DNA of 64,000 nt from an uncultured candidate division Zixibacteria bacterium (GTDB lineage: Bacteria > Zixibacteria > MSB-5A5 > GN15 > PGXB01), in NCBI GenBank assembly GCA_963702205.1, contig OY969724.1, positions 2,016,001-2,080,000 of the forward strand, in the 5' to 3' direction. Made by a program: the position numbers and the translations under genes. The notes beneath the pieces are model-generated. The model did no database searches, was not told the DNA's origin, and worked only from the letters and a program-made list of their open reading frames with translations. Positions 21,017 to 31,792 of the stretch are shown piece by piece; position 1 is the stretch's first letter, and every line of letters starts with the position of its first letter.

Positions 21017-22351
21017 ATGTTATACCGATATTTAGTCATTGCTGTCGTTTTGTTTGGGCTGGCCGCTTCGGCTTTTCCGGAAACCGTCCTGACCGTTGAA
21101 AAATGCCGGGAACTGGCTCTTGAGTACAACCGCCAGCTATTGCAGGCGAAAAAAGAGGTCGACCGCGCCCAGGGCGAGATCATCTCAGCCCGTTCGGGAG
21201 CGCTGCCGGTTTTGAGCCTTGACGGCCGCTATACGAGAAACGTCGATAAGGGCGACATATTTTTGCCCGGTGAGTTTTTCGATGAACCGGGATTCGTCAA
21301 AGTCCCGGCGGCACAGAATAATGATTTCAATTTGTCGCTGTCGCTGACACAGCCGTTGTACGTCGGGGGCAAAGTCGGGACGGCGCTCAAGATTGCCAGA
21401 ATCTACAGTAATTTGTCCAAAGAGAAGGTCAAAGAGGTCGAAGCATCGATCGTGTTTGGGGCTGAATCGGTTTTTTTCGAGGCCGTTCTGACACAGTCAC
21501 AGTTGGAAGTCATACAAAAATCATACGAGCAGTTGAGCCACAATCTGGCCGTCGCCGAAAAGAATTACGACCAGGGCATGATTTCGGAGTATGAGCTTCT
21601 GCGCGCCAGGGTGGAAAAACTAAACGTTGAGCCGCAGCTTCTGGCGGCACAGTCGAACGTGAAAATTTCGGCCAAGCGACTCAAGACCTATTTGGGGCTC
21701 GACCTGAACGAGGATACTAGACTGGTCGCGGACCTGGCGGACACCGCAGCCGTGGCTTTACCTTCGCTGGATTCGCTCACGACGCTGGCGATGAAGAACC
21801 GTTCCGAACTGACGCAGGCGGAACTCGAAAAGCGCGGCTACGATAAAGCCGTACGAATCGCCCAGGGGGACTGGCTGTATCCGAATCTTTATGCGAATGC
21901 ATCGTACAGTCTAATCGCTTCCAGCGATGATTTTCGTATCGGCAATCAGAATCTCTCCAGGAGCCTGACCGTCTCGCTGATTTTGAATGTCCCGTTGTTC
22001 GACGGGGGAAGGACGATCGGCGAAGTGCGTAAGGCGCGGGTCGATTTTTACCAGGCGATGCTTCGCGAACAGCAGTTGAAGGATGATGTCAGACTTGAAG
22101 TGGAAGAAGCATATGATCAATTCATGCAGTCGCGAAAAGCATTGACGGCTCAGTCGGAAACTATTGCCCAGGCCGAGGAAGGAATGCGGATCGCCAACCT
22201 GCGGTATGAATCCGGGGTCGGGACCCAACTCGAGGTTTTATCGGCGCAGACGGCCCTGACACAGGCGAGGAGTCAATTGGCTCAGACCATATTCCAGTAT
22301 CGCCTGGCCCGGGCGGCGCTTAAGAAAGCTACCGGGTTGGAAATAAATTAA
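21017..22351 (+). CDS. TolC-family outer membrane efflux protein
   Basis: LTQPLY.GG, PLFDGG, RYESGVGTQLEVL. Confidence 0.92.
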   Translation: MLYRYLVIAVVLFGLAASAFPETVLTVEKCRELALEYNRQLLQAKKEVDRAQGEIISARSGALPVLSLDGRYTRNVDKGDIFLPGEFFDEPGFVKVPAAQNNDFNLSLSLTQPLYVGGKVGTALKIARIYSNLSKEKVKEVEASIVFGAESVFFEAVLTQSQLEVIQKSYEQLSHNLAVAEKNYDQGMISEYELLRARVEKLNVEPQLLAAQSNVKISAKRLKTYLGLDLNEDTRLVADLADTAAVALPSLDSLTTLAMKNRSELTQAELEKRGYDKAVRIAQGDWLYPNLYANASYSLIASSDDFRIGNQNLSRSLTVSLILNVPLFDGGRTIGEVRKARVDFYQAMLREQQLKDDVRLEVEEAYDQFMQSRKALTAQSETIAQAEEGMRIANLRYESGVGTQLEVLSAQTALTQARSQLAQTIFQYRLARAALKKATGLEIN

Positions 22352-22367
22352 ATACGCGAGGAGATAG

Positions 22368-23431
22368 ATGAAGTACTTTACTAATTCCGTCAAATACTTA
22401 ACGGTGCTTTGCGGCGCCATCCTGTTCTATGCCTGTTCCGGTTCTCAAACCGAAGGAGTGGTCAACGAGAAAGTAATTTCGGTCAAAGGCGAATATCTGA
22501 CGACTTCCTCGCAGGCGCTGACTCGTGAATTTACCGGTACCATTGAAGGCGAACAGCAAACCGTGATCCGGTCCAAAATCAACGAGGCGGTCGAGAAAAT
22601 AAATGCCGTCGTGGGGCAGGAAGTAAACGCCGAGAACGTGATAATCTCGCTCGACAAGAGCGGGCCGAGTTCGAATTTCGTGCAAGCCCGGTCGGTTTTT
22701 CAGAACGCCGAGAAAAATTACAACAAGATGAAATATTTGTACGATCAGGGTGCGATTGCCGAAACGCAGTTCGACGGAGCCAGGACCGATTATGAGGTCT
22801 CGAAAGCCAATTACGAAGCGGCCCGTCGGCTGGTCGAACTGACGACCCCGATATCCGGCATGGTGACGTCGGTCGACGTTTCCCCGGCGATTTCGTGACG
22901 GTCGGTCAGCAGGTGGCAACGGTGGCGACGGTCGGCAAGCTTCGAATGAAACTGGGTGTTACCGGTGATGAAATCGATTATTTCGACGTCGGTGATAAGG
23001 TCAAAATTGTCACGGAGGATTCCTCGGGAGCCGAAGCGACGGGGAAAGTGATAAAGGTGGCTCGTTCGGCCGACCCGGCCACAAGGTCGTTTCTGGTCGA
23101 GCTGGAAATCGATAATTCTGCGCGGCTGCTGATGCCGGGCGAGTTCGCCAGGGCGCAGATCGTGGTCGAAACTTTCGACGACATCATGGCCGTGCCGCGC
23201 GATGCCATTCTCGATAGAAACAATAAGGACTATGTTTTTACGGTAAACGGTGACCGTTCCAAACTCAATGAGGTTAAGCTCGGCGCGGATTTCATAGGTT
23301 CGGCCCAGGTGCTCGAAGGCCTGAAAGTCGGCGACACTATTGTTACGGTCGGTCAGGAATATCTCGAGGACAGCACGTTGATCAAGCTGGTCAAGTTTGT
23401 CAACGCCAATGGCGAGGAGGTCGAGCTGTGA
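22368..23431 (+). CDS. RND efflux periplasmic adaptor (lipoprotein), split by an apparent frameshift near 22885
   Basis: Lipobox FYAC; ORFs 22368..22898 and 22895..23431 join as TPISGMV..VSPGDFVTVGQ; ADPATRSF, LMPGEFA. Confidence 0.85.
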
Positions 23432-26400
23432 AATTAGCCGATGTTGCCATACGCCGACCCGTCTTTACCATCATGATGATCGCGGCTTTAGTGGTGCTGG
23501 GGTTGACGTCGTATTTCGAAATGAATACCGACCTGTTTCCCGAAGTCGACTTTCCGTTTGTCGTCGTGCAGGTTTTCTATCCCGGAGCCAGTGCCGAGAC
23601 TGTGGAATCCGAGGTTGCCAAGGAGATTGAAGACGCCATCGGGCCGGTTGAAGGAGTCAAGCATATTACGTCGATATCGCAGGAGGGGTATGCGCTGGTC
23701 TTCGCGGAATTCATGCTCGAAATCGATGGTAAGGATGCTGCGCAGGACGTCCGCGAAAAAGTAGCCCAGATACGCGATAACCTGCCGGATGACATCAAAG
23801 AACCGATCATCGCGACTTTTGATCCATCGAGCGAACCGATTTTATCTTTGACGGTGTCTGGCGACCGGCCGCTGCGGGATATCACCGACATCGTTAAGGA
23901 AGATATTCAAAAACGCCTGGAATCGGTTCCCGGTGTCGGAAACGTGGAACTGGTCGGGGGGTTCGAGCGCGAGATAAATGTCTTTCTGGACATCGACAAA
24001 CTGGAATCGTACGAAATACCGGTCACCAAAGTGCAGCAGAAAATTCAGGCCGCCAACCTCGAGATTCCGGGGGGACGGGTAAATGAGAAGAACCGAGAGT
24101 ACCTTGTGCGCACGATGGGGAAACTGACCTCGGTCAAGCAGTTCAATGATATCGTGATCGACAATCCTCATGGTCATCCGGTGTATCTCAAGGATATCGC
24201 CAGGGTCATCGACGGTATTCAGGAACAGCGGTCTCTGGCACGGGTCAATGGTCATGAGGCGATTACGCTCAATATCACGCGGCAGTCGGGCGGCAATACC
24301 GTGGAAGTCGCGCGCGGGATCAAGCAAGAAGTCGAAAATATCAAGAAAAGCCTTCCACCGGATATGGATATAAATATCGTCGTGGATAATTCGAGGTTTA
24401 TCGAAGACGCCATTCACGACGTGCTGGTAAATATCTACTATGGAAGCTTTTTGGCGATTTTGGTGATCTTTCTGTTCCTGGCCGATATTCGATCGACGAT
24501 CATTTCCGGTATCGCCATCCCGACGTCAATTATCGCCACTTTTACTTTCATGCACGTCCTGGGATTTACCATTAATATGATGTCGATGCTGGCGCTGGCG
24601 CTGGCGGTGGGGTTGTTGATCGACGATGCCATTGTCGTAATAGAAAATATTTTTCGGCGATTGCAGGAGGGCGAACCGCCGATGCAGGCGGCCTTCAAGG
24701 GGACCAAAGAAATCGGCCTGGCCGTCATGGCGACGACTTTCACGATTATGGTCGTGTTCCTGCCGGTCGCCTTCATGAAAGGCATTGTCGGCCGGTTTTT
24801 CTTCCAGTTCGGTATGACCGTAGCTTTTTCGGTGCTGGTATCGCTCTTTGTAGCATTTACGCTGACGCCGATGTTATCGTCGCGCTGGCTGAAGCCCGAG
24901 GGGTATGTCGGCAAGCCGCCTAAATTCTTTCTGGCGCGATGGATGTACCGACTATATCACTTAGTTTTAAAGATTACTATACCGTGGAATATATTCTTCA
25001 ACGGAATCAATAAGAGGTACAGAGGCATTCTGGAATGGTCGCTGGGGCATCGTTTTATAGTCATGCTCATTGCGGCGGTCGTATTCTTGGGCTCGCTTTA
25101 CCTGGCGCAGTTTACGGGGACGGAATTCATGCCGGAGTCGGATGAAGGCCGCGTGGTTATAATGATCGAAACACCTCCGGGAACCGATCTGGATATGACG
25201 TCCCAGCGCCTGGCCGACGTGGAACAGTTGATTCGCGATAATTTTGACGGGATCGACCTGATATTTACGACTATCGGCAGCGGCCAGAAGCCGGTCAATG
25301 AAGGCACGATTCTGGTCAAGCTGGTCGATCAAGACCTGCGGGAGCTTTCGGCCCAGATGATGATCGATAGTGTCCGCCAGGTTCTGGCCGGTTATCCCGG
25401 AATCAAATACGGCGTTTCCAAGGAAGCGCAGCAGCAGGGGGGCGGCGGCCGGGCGGCCGAACTGGCTATCCGTGGAAATGATCTGGATGTCCTGAAAGAT
25501 CTGGCTTACAAAGTTGAAGGCTTGTTCCGAACCGTCCCCGGGGCCGTCGATCTCGAAAATAACCTTCAAGAGGGTAAGCCTGAACTGAGGGTTAATATCG
25601 ACCGCAAGATGGCCAACGATCTGGGTCTGAATGTCTACGGCATTGGGCTGACGATCAGAAATCTGGTCGAAGGCGACGTGGTCACGCGCTACAAAGAAGG
25701 CGATCGCGAATACGACGTGCGAGTGCGACTGAACGAACGGGATCGTGACAATACGGCCCAGGTGGGGCGGCTGCTCATTGAAAGCAATAAGGAACTCCCC
25801 GATATCAGGACATTTCTGGTGCCCCTGTCGAAAGTGGCGTTTTTGGAAAAGGCGACGTCGATCGGCGAGTACGACCGGCTGGATCGTATGCGGCAGGTGA
25901 CGGTCGGCGCCAACGCCACGATGGCGACTTTTTCCGGGACAATTATCCAGGAAGTCGAGAAAAAACTCCCGGAATTGAATATCCCTCCGGGCTACAGCAT
26001 TACACGAACGGGCACGGCGGACATTATGCAGGAATCGTTCGGCTATATGTTTCAGGCGCTGCTTCTGGCGGTGATATTTATTTATCTGCTTTTGGCATCG
26101 CAATTCGAGTCGTTCTTCGATCCTCTGTCGATCATGTTTTCGCTGCCTTTGTCTTTGATCGGAGCGATACTGGCGCTTCTGATTACCGGCGATTCGATTT
26201 CGATTATGTCGTTGATCGGTATTATTATGTTGATGGGGCTGGTGACCAAGAACGCCATATTGTTGATTGACTTTGTGAAACAGAACCGGTATCGTGGTGT
26301 TGCAAGAAAAGAGGCTATTTTGATAGCCGGCCCGATTCGACTCCGGCCGATATTTATGACGTCGATTTCCCTGATTCTGGGTGTTTTGCCGATTGCGCTG

Positions 26401-26607
26401 GGGATTGGCCAGGGAGCCGAATTCAGGGCACCGATGGCTCGTGCGGTCATGGGCGGAATGATCAGTTCGACGGCGTTAACGTTGGTGGTCGTTCCCGTCG
26501 TATATACGATAATTGATGATGTTGTGGCCTTTTTCAAAGGCGGCGAAACGGTAAAAGTTAGAGAGGGAAGTCTGGACGATGCCGAAGCAGCTGGTCAAGC
26601 CGGTTAA
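23428..26607 (+). CDS. RND efflux permease (AcrB/HAE1 family)
   Basis: AIRRPV, GLLIDDAIVVIENI, KNAILLIDF, RLRPIFMT. Confidence 0.95.
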   Translation: MKLADVAIRRPVFTIMMIAALVVLGLTSYFEMNTDLFPEVDFPFVVVQVFYPGASAETVESEVAKEIEDAIGPVEGVKHITSISQEGYALVFAEFMLEIDGKDAAQDVREKVAQIRDNLPDDIKEPIIATFDPSSEPILSLTVSGDRPLRDITDIVKEDIQKRLESVPGVGNVELVGGFEREINVFLDIDKLESYEIPVTKVQQKIQAANLEIPGGRVNEKNREYLVRTMGKLTSVKQFNDIVIDNPHGHPVYLKDIARVIDGIQEQRSLARVNGHEAITLNITRQSGGNTVEVARGIKQEVENIKKSLPPDMDINIVVDNSRFIEDAIHDVLVNIYYGSFLAILVIFLFLADIRSTIISGIAIPTSIIATFTFMHVLGFTINMMSMLALALAVGLLIDDAIVVIENIFRRLQEGEPPMQAAFKGTKEIGLAVMATTFTIMVVFLPVAFMKGIVGRFFFQFGMTVAFSVLVSLFVAFTLTPMLSSRWLKPEGYVGKPPKFFLARWMYRLYHLVLKITIPWNIFFNGINKRYRGILEWSLGHRFIVMLIAAVVFLGSLYLAQFTGTEFMPESDEGRVVIMIETPPGTDLDMTSQRLADVEQLIRDNFDGIDLIFTTIGSGQKPVNEGTILVKLVDQDLRELSAQMMIDSVRQVLAGYPGIKYGVSKEAQQQGGGGRAAELAIRGNDLDVLKDLAYKVEGLFRTVPGAVDLENNLQEGKPELRVNIDRKMANDLGLNVYGIGLTIRNLVEGDVVTRYKEGDREYDVRVRLNERDRDNTAQVGRLLIESNKELPDIRTFLVPLSKVAFLEKATSIGEYDRLDRMRQVTVGANATMATFSGTIIQEVEKKLPELNIPPGYSITRTGTADIMQESFGYMFQALLLAVIFIYLLLASQFESFFDPLSIMFSLPLSLIGAILALLITGDSISIMSLIGIIMLMGLVTKNAILLIDFVKQNRYRGVARKEAILIAGPIRLRPIFMTSISLILGVLPIALGIGQGAEFRAPMARAVMGGMISSTALTLVVVPVVYTIIDDVVAFFKGGETVKVREGSLDDAEAAGQAG

Positions 26608-28205
26608 AGAGTTTCATTACAGCGATCTCTATATAGATTTCGTGGCCGAGGATACGTCACTGGATAAATATCTCGGCACGAAGACCCCCGCGCAGGCGGC
26701 GGCCATGATGCACATGCCCGGTGCCGATCGCGAGGCGCTGTGCGATATACTGGTTCGACAAAACGAGGAGTTCCGATCCAAACCGAAAGCGTTTGAATCA
26801 ATCGAAAAGCTGCGCCGGGAGGATGCTCTGTGCATTTTCACCGGTCAGCAGGTGGGGCTGTACGGCGGGCCGCTCTACAGCCTGTTCAAAGCGATCGGGA
26901 TTATCAAGAAAGCGGTGCAGCTCGAAAGCGAGCTGAAGCGGCCGGTGGTTCCGGTTTTCTGGATGGCCTCCGACGATCACGACTATGAAGAAATTAATCA
27001 CTATCATTACATAGAGTCCGACGGCTCGACCGGGAAGCTGGTTTACGGGGCGGAAATTCCCCAAAATATCCCGGCGTCGGAGATTTATTTTACCGACCGG
27101 GATATGTATAACGAACTGGTCGAAAGCACGAAGGAACATTTCGGCCAGTCCGAATTCGCCGAGGACTTTTTCAAGCGACTGTTTGAGTCCTATGCGCACG
27201 ATTCCGGTTTTGTCGATGCTTTCGCACGGTTTTATGCCGACATTCTTCCGGATTTGGGTCTAATTTTTTTCTCACCGGCCGACGCCGATGTTAAAAATTT
27301 ATCGCGCAAATTCTTCCGTAACATTGTCGAGCAGTATTTCAATATGAAGTCGATTCTGGAACAGACAGCGACTACGATTGAAATGGATCGTTATCATATT
27401 CAGGCCGAGAAGAAACTTACGGCCGTCCATTTGTTTTACCACAATCCGGGTCGTGAGGCGATTCACTTTGCCGATGAATCGTTCATAGTGGATAACCGGC
27501 CGATAGGCCTGCCGGGTATTCTGGATATGATCGAGCGTAATCCCGAGCGGTTTTCTCCGGACGTGCTCACCCGGCCGCTTTGGCAGTCGTACCTGTTCCC
27601 GACCGTGGCGCACGCGGGCGGGCCTGCGGAGATAGCCTATTTTTGCCAGATCGGACAGTTGTTCCGGCTTTTCAAAATGGCCCAGCCGTACTATTTCGCG
27701 AGGCCCAGTGCGACGCTGGTGGAAAAACACCATGAAGAGTTGATGATCAAGTACGGTTTGGAATTGAACGATCTGACCGGCGACATCGAGCAGGTGATAA
27801 ACAGGATCGTCGCGGAAACTTACCCGCACGACCTTGAAAAAAGTTTCGGAGATTTTAAAGACGGCTTAATGGATATATATGACAAGTTGAAAGAACATCT
27901 GGTTGCGTTCGACAGCACCCTCGAACCTATGACGGAGCAGACGTACAGGTAAAATGGATTTTGCATTGAGCCATCTCGAAAAGAAGGCGTTCAGTGCTCA
28001 CAAAAGAGGACAGAAACTGACCCGCGAGCAGATATATAGACTGGATGCTTTTCTGATGCCGTACAAGAATCTTCAGGAGCGGTCTCTGGGTATATGTTAT
28101 TTCATGGCCAAGTATGGGCCGGGGATAATGGATTTTATTCTGGATAAGCTTGAGATCGGGACCAAAGAACATCAAATGATATACCTCTCTGAACTGGCCG
28201 AATAA
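26579..28205 (+). CDS. bshC: Bacillithiol biosynthesis cysteine-adding enzyme BshC, apparent +1 frameshift near 27947
   Basis: TGQQVGLYGGPLY, PVFWMASDDHDYEEI, FSPDVLTRP, GGPAEIAY; downstream ORF 27954..28205 carries the LQER motif. Confidence 0.88.
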
Positions 28206-28206
28206 T

Positions 28207-29331
28207 ATGAATATCGGCATAACCTGTTATCCCGTGGCCGGAGGCTCGGGGATTGTGGCGACCGAGTTGGGTCGCAAGCTGGCCACGCGCGGGCATCAGG
28301 TGCATTTTATCAGCTATGCCCTGCCGTTCCGGTTCGACGAATTCCAGCAGAATCTTTTCTTCCACGGGGTCGAAACGACGGCGTACCCGCTGTTCAAACA
28401 CCCGCCGTACACCCTGGCCCTGGCCACCCGTATGGCCGAAGTGTGCTGTCAGTACCAGCTCGATATTCTGCACGTGCACTATGCCATCCCGCACGCCACG
28501 TGTGCATTTCTGGCCAAGCAAATGGTGACGTGCCGTCTTCCGAAAATAATAACGACACTTCACGGAACGGATATTACGCTGGTCGGATCCGACCCGTCGT
28601 ACTATGATATCACCAAGTTTTCGATAAATGCCTCGGACGGCATCACGGCCGTGTCGCAATATCTGGCCGACGAGACCGTCAGGGAGTTCAAGATCGAAAA
28701 AGAAATCCGGGTGGTGCATAATTTCTTCGACGGCGACCGGTTCAATCCGGGCAATCATTCCGCCTGCAAGCGGCATACTTTCGCCACCGATAATGAGTTT
28801 ATTATTTCGCACGTCTCCAATTTCCGCCCGGTCAAGAGAGCTCTCGACGTGATCGATATTTTCGACAGAATTCAGCAAAAGCTTCCGGCCAAGCTTCTTC
28901 TGGTCGGCGAAGGACCGGACGCGGTTCTCGTGCGGCGGCAGGTGAACAAAAGAAATTTGACCGACAAAGTCATCTTTCTCGGTAACCAAAGCAGGGTGGA
29001 AGCGATATTGCCGGTGTCCGATCTGTTTTTGCTGCCGTCAGAGGAAGAATCTTTCGGGCTGGCGGCCCTGGAAGCGTTAGCCAGCGGGGTTCCGGTGATA
29101 GGCACATCCGATACCGGATTAGTGGAAGTTATCGAAGATAACGTCGACGGATTTTTATGCCAGGTCGGCGACACGACCGAAATGGCAGAAAAGGGAATAG
29201 CTCTTTTGACCGATCCGCCAAGGCTGGCAAAATTCAAAAGCGACGCGGCTCGGCTGGCCAATGAACGTTTCAACTCAGACAAGATTATTACAGAATATGA
29301 GAATTATTATCAGGAGGTCCTGAATGCCTGA
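28207..29331 (+). CDS. bshA: N-acetyl-alpha-D-glucosaminyl L-malate synthase BshA
   Basis: GITCYP..GGSGIVATELG, HVHYAIPHA, TTLHGTDITLVG, SNFRPVKR, ESFGLAALEA. Confidence 0.95.
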   Translation: MNIGITCYPVAGGSGIVATELGRKLATRGHQVHFISYALPFRFDEFQQNLFFHGVETTAYPLFKHPPYTLALATRMAEVCCQYQLDILHVHYAIPHATCAFLAKQMVTCRLPKIITTLHGTDITLVGSDPSYYDITKFSINASDGITAVSQYLADETVREFKIEKEIRVVHNFFDGDRFNPGNHSACKRHTFATDNEFIISHVSNFRPVKRALDVIDIFDRIQQKLPAKLLLVGEGPDAVLVRRQVNKRNLTDKVIFLGNQSRVEAILPVSDLFLLPSEEESFGLAALEALASGVPVIGTSDTGLVEVIEDNVDGFLCQVGDTTEMAEKGIALLTDPPRLAKFKSDAARLANERFNSDKIITEYENYYQEVLNA

Positions 29332-30043
29332 TATCAAGCTCGACGTGCTGGCTATCGTGGCGCACCGTGACGACGTCGAAATTACGTGCGGCGGGACCAT
29401 GATTAAAATGGCCGATGCGGGGTATAAAACGGGCATTCTGGATTTGACGGCCGGTGAGATGGGGACCAGGGGAACGGCCGAAGAGCGCCGTCGTGACGCC
29501 GCCGAGGCGTCGAAAATTATGAGGCTGTCGTACCGGGAAAACCTCAACCTGCCCGACGCCGGAGTGGAAGTCGCCCGGGAGAATAAACTCAAGATTGCGC
29601 AGGTCATCAGGAATACACGGCCCGAGTTGATGATACTGCCGTATTGGGTGCAAAGGCATCCCGATCATCTGGCGGCGTCTTTGCTCGGCTACGACGCTTG
29701 TTTTCTGGCCGGGTTGAAAAAACTTAAACTCGACGGTGAACCACACCGTCCGAGAAAGATAATTTATACCTCATCATTTCGCGACGTGCATCATACGTTT
29801 TATGTCGACATCACCGAGCAGATGTCGCGCAAGCTCGATGTGGTCGCGGCGTACAAGTCTCAGTTCGACGGCTCCGAGCAATCGAAGCAGATATTTAAGC
29901 CCGGGGTTGATATTTTCGAATTCATGACCGTCACCGCGCAGCATTACGGACATCAGGTCGGGGTCAGGTATGCCGAAGCGTTTACTATCAAAGAAAACAT
30001 CCTGGTTGACGATCCGGTCAAGATGCCGGTCAAGTCGATATAG
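29324..30043 (+). CDS. bshB1: Bacillithiol biosynthesis deacetylase BshB1
   Basis: AHRDDVE, DLTAGEMGTRG, RHPDH, YAEAF. Confidence 0.92.
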   Translation: MPDIKLDVLAIVAHRDDVEITCGGTMIKMADAGYKTGILDLTAGEMGTRGTAEERRRDAAEASKIMRLSYRENLNLPDAGVEVARENKLKIAQVIRNTRPELMILPYWVQRHPDHLAASLLGYDACFLAGLKKLKLDGEPHRPRKIIYTSSFRDVHHTFYVDITEQMSRKLDVVAAYKSQFDGSEQSKQIFKPGVDIFEFMTVTAQHYGHQVGVRYAEAFTIKENILVDDPVKMPVKSI

Positions 30044-30110
30044 AGATATCATTTTGTCCGGTGATTTTCCCGGACTTGCCTAATTGGACGTCCTTTAATA
30101 TATTCCTGCC

Positions 30111-30203
30111 GGAAGTGGATAGGGTCTGGTGGCCCTTGCGGTCTTCAAAACCGTGGGGAGGCAGTAATGCTGTCTCCGGTGGGTTCGATTCCCACCCCTT
30201 CCG
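30111..30203 (+). tRNA. selC: tRNA-Sec (UCA)
   Basis: 6-bp D stem with UGGU loop, anticodon loop CUUCAAA, long variable arm, T loop UUCGAUU, discriminator G, no encoded CCA; TTGCCT-17-TATATT promoter immediately upstream. Confidence 0.93.
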
Positions 30204-30222
30204 CTTTTTATTTGGGAATAAA

Positions 30223-30253
30223 AAAATCCCGTGAAAAATTCCCACGGGATTTT
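30223..30253. terminator. Probable bidirectional intrinsic terminator
   Basis: AAAATCCCGTG...CACGGGATTTT between the convergent selC and 30275..31477. Confidence 0.7.
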
Positions 30254-30274
30254 AAATAATGTTATTATAGGTTA

Positions 30275-31477
30275 TTAATGGTCACCATCGCCGCCGTATC
30301 CGCCATAACCACCGTCGCCCCCATGTCCATCATAGCCGCCGTCTTTGTTGTCATCTTCGTTTCCATTGTCACCGTCGTGATTAGCATCGTCGCCGTTGTC
30401 CATACCGGGGCAGTCGTTGTCACAGCTTCCGGGGCCGATCACGCCATTGTTGTAATCATCGAGTGTGCTCTTCCACGATAAAACCATTTGCTGATCGTCC
30501 GTGGACAGAGTGTCCCAGTCGTTCTGGTCGTGGTTGGCGAGAAATGTATCGACATTGGATAGGGAAGTGTCAATGACAGAGCCGTCAGCGCCTGCGGCCA
30601 GATTCAGTTTGGCGGCGAGCAGTTGGGCATAGAGCTTCGTTATTCCGTTGCTGTTTCCGCCGCACTTTTTCATGGTCATAACGAGGATGCCGACCGCGGT
30701 GGTTGAATAGGTCACGTACAGGCTTTTGTCTCCATTAATGTCCCCGAGCCAGAGTGGCAGGTATTGGGAAACTTCGTTGGCTTGCGGCCCGAAGCCGGCA
30801 TGAGTTTTCCAGTAACCAAGGCCGTGAGTACAGACGGTATCGGTCGCAGAGTGACCAATGTCGAATCTTATTAAAGACTGTTGTTCCAAGTCCGTCAATT
30901 GCGGCCAGCCGGTATAAAGCGACGCGCCGGAACCGTAATTCTGGTCGGGGGAGTTGGCGTCAATGTATGTGTCGGCTATCGGATACAGCGTGTCCGATGC
31001 CGGTTGATCATTGAGCATATAGTCGATTACCATATATGGGATGCTGTCGCTTTCGCGGCTGTCAAAAATGGTCGATGGTGCGAATAACTGCGACTGGTCC
31101 ATAAGAAATCCAAAATTAGTACTGCCGTCCATCCATGCGGAAGCCAGGCTGCCAAGGTCAACTTCGTACCACCCCGGCTGAGCGGGTGTGAACGAGCCGT
31201 AATTCATGCCGTTGAACGACTGACCGAAATTATTCCACGTCGCGGACATTTCCTGCCAGTCGGCGGTAATGCGGTAAATATTCACCGGCTGAGATTCGGC
31301 CTGAGTGACGAAAATATGGAATGTTGCGGTCGACATTGTCGCTCCATCGGGCAGAGTGAATTCCGCTATTTGTGCGGTGCTGTTGTCCGGTGCGACAGGG
31401 CCGGATTGCCCGGAGCAGCCATATATCATAAGCATGACTGCCAGAATCATTGTTAGAGAACCAAAGTTCTTGATCAT
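30275..31477 (-). CDS. Lipoprotein with DNRLRE/CBM96-like domain, GYWKTH domain and Asp/Gly-rich tail
   Basis: Lipobox IYGC; WQEMSATWN, NFGF, ADTYI..NYG..SLIRFD; LYAQLLAAKLN. Confidence 0.65.
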   Translation of the reverse strand: MIKNFGSLTMILAVMLMIYGCSGQSGPVAPDNSTAQIAEFTLPDGATMSTATFHIFVTQAESQPVNIYRITADWQEMSATWNNFGQSFNGMNYGSFTPAQPGWYEVDLGSLASAWMDGSTNFGFLMDQSQLFAPSTIFDSRESDSIPYMVIDYMLNDQPASDTLYPIADTYIDANSPDQNYGSGASLYTGWPQLTDLEQQSLIRFDIGHSATDTVCTHGLGYWKTHAGFGPQANEVSQYLPLWLGDINGDKSLYVTYSTTAVGILVMTMKKCGGNSNGITKLYAQLLAAKLNLAAGADGSVIDTSLSNVDTFLANHDQNDWDTLSTDDQQMVLSWKSTLDDYNNGVIGPGSCDNDCPGMDNGDDANHDGDNGNEDDNKDGGYDGHGGDGGYGGYGGDGDH

Positions 31478-31792
31478 AAATCCTCCATGAATTCTCTTTT
31501 CATTAATTTATTCCGGTCAGCATCAAAATAGTTTAGCTGATAATAATTTCGTGCCAGCCTACGAAAATTGAAATTAATGTCCCCCGGAAGGTACTACTAT
31601 TGGTTTATAATTGATAACGACCCCGGAAAGTTCGGGATTTTTTGAGAAAAGACTGATTTTGTCCACATTTTAACTCGGCACAAAACATAACCTTATGACC
31701 TTTATAGACATAACGGCAATTTATTATTGCTTTTTGGAGTTGTTCAGGATATATTCCGACAAATTATGTAACTTATTGTATTTGATAATCAT

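Noticed and set aside
22880..22898. Programmed frameshifting or phase variation at the split genes
   Set aside because: No slippery heptamers or long homopolymer tracts at the sites; sequencing error is more parsimonious.
24967..26103. Long antisense ORFs (also 7200..8060, 14919..15815, 28135..28989, 34078..34986, 50777..51592, 60794..62590)
   Set aside because: They shadow well-supported genes on the opposite strand and have no recognisable motifs.
31541..31557. sigma54 promoter upstream of the minus-strand lipoprotein (TGGCACG)
   Set aside because: The -12 element reads TATT instead of TTGC.
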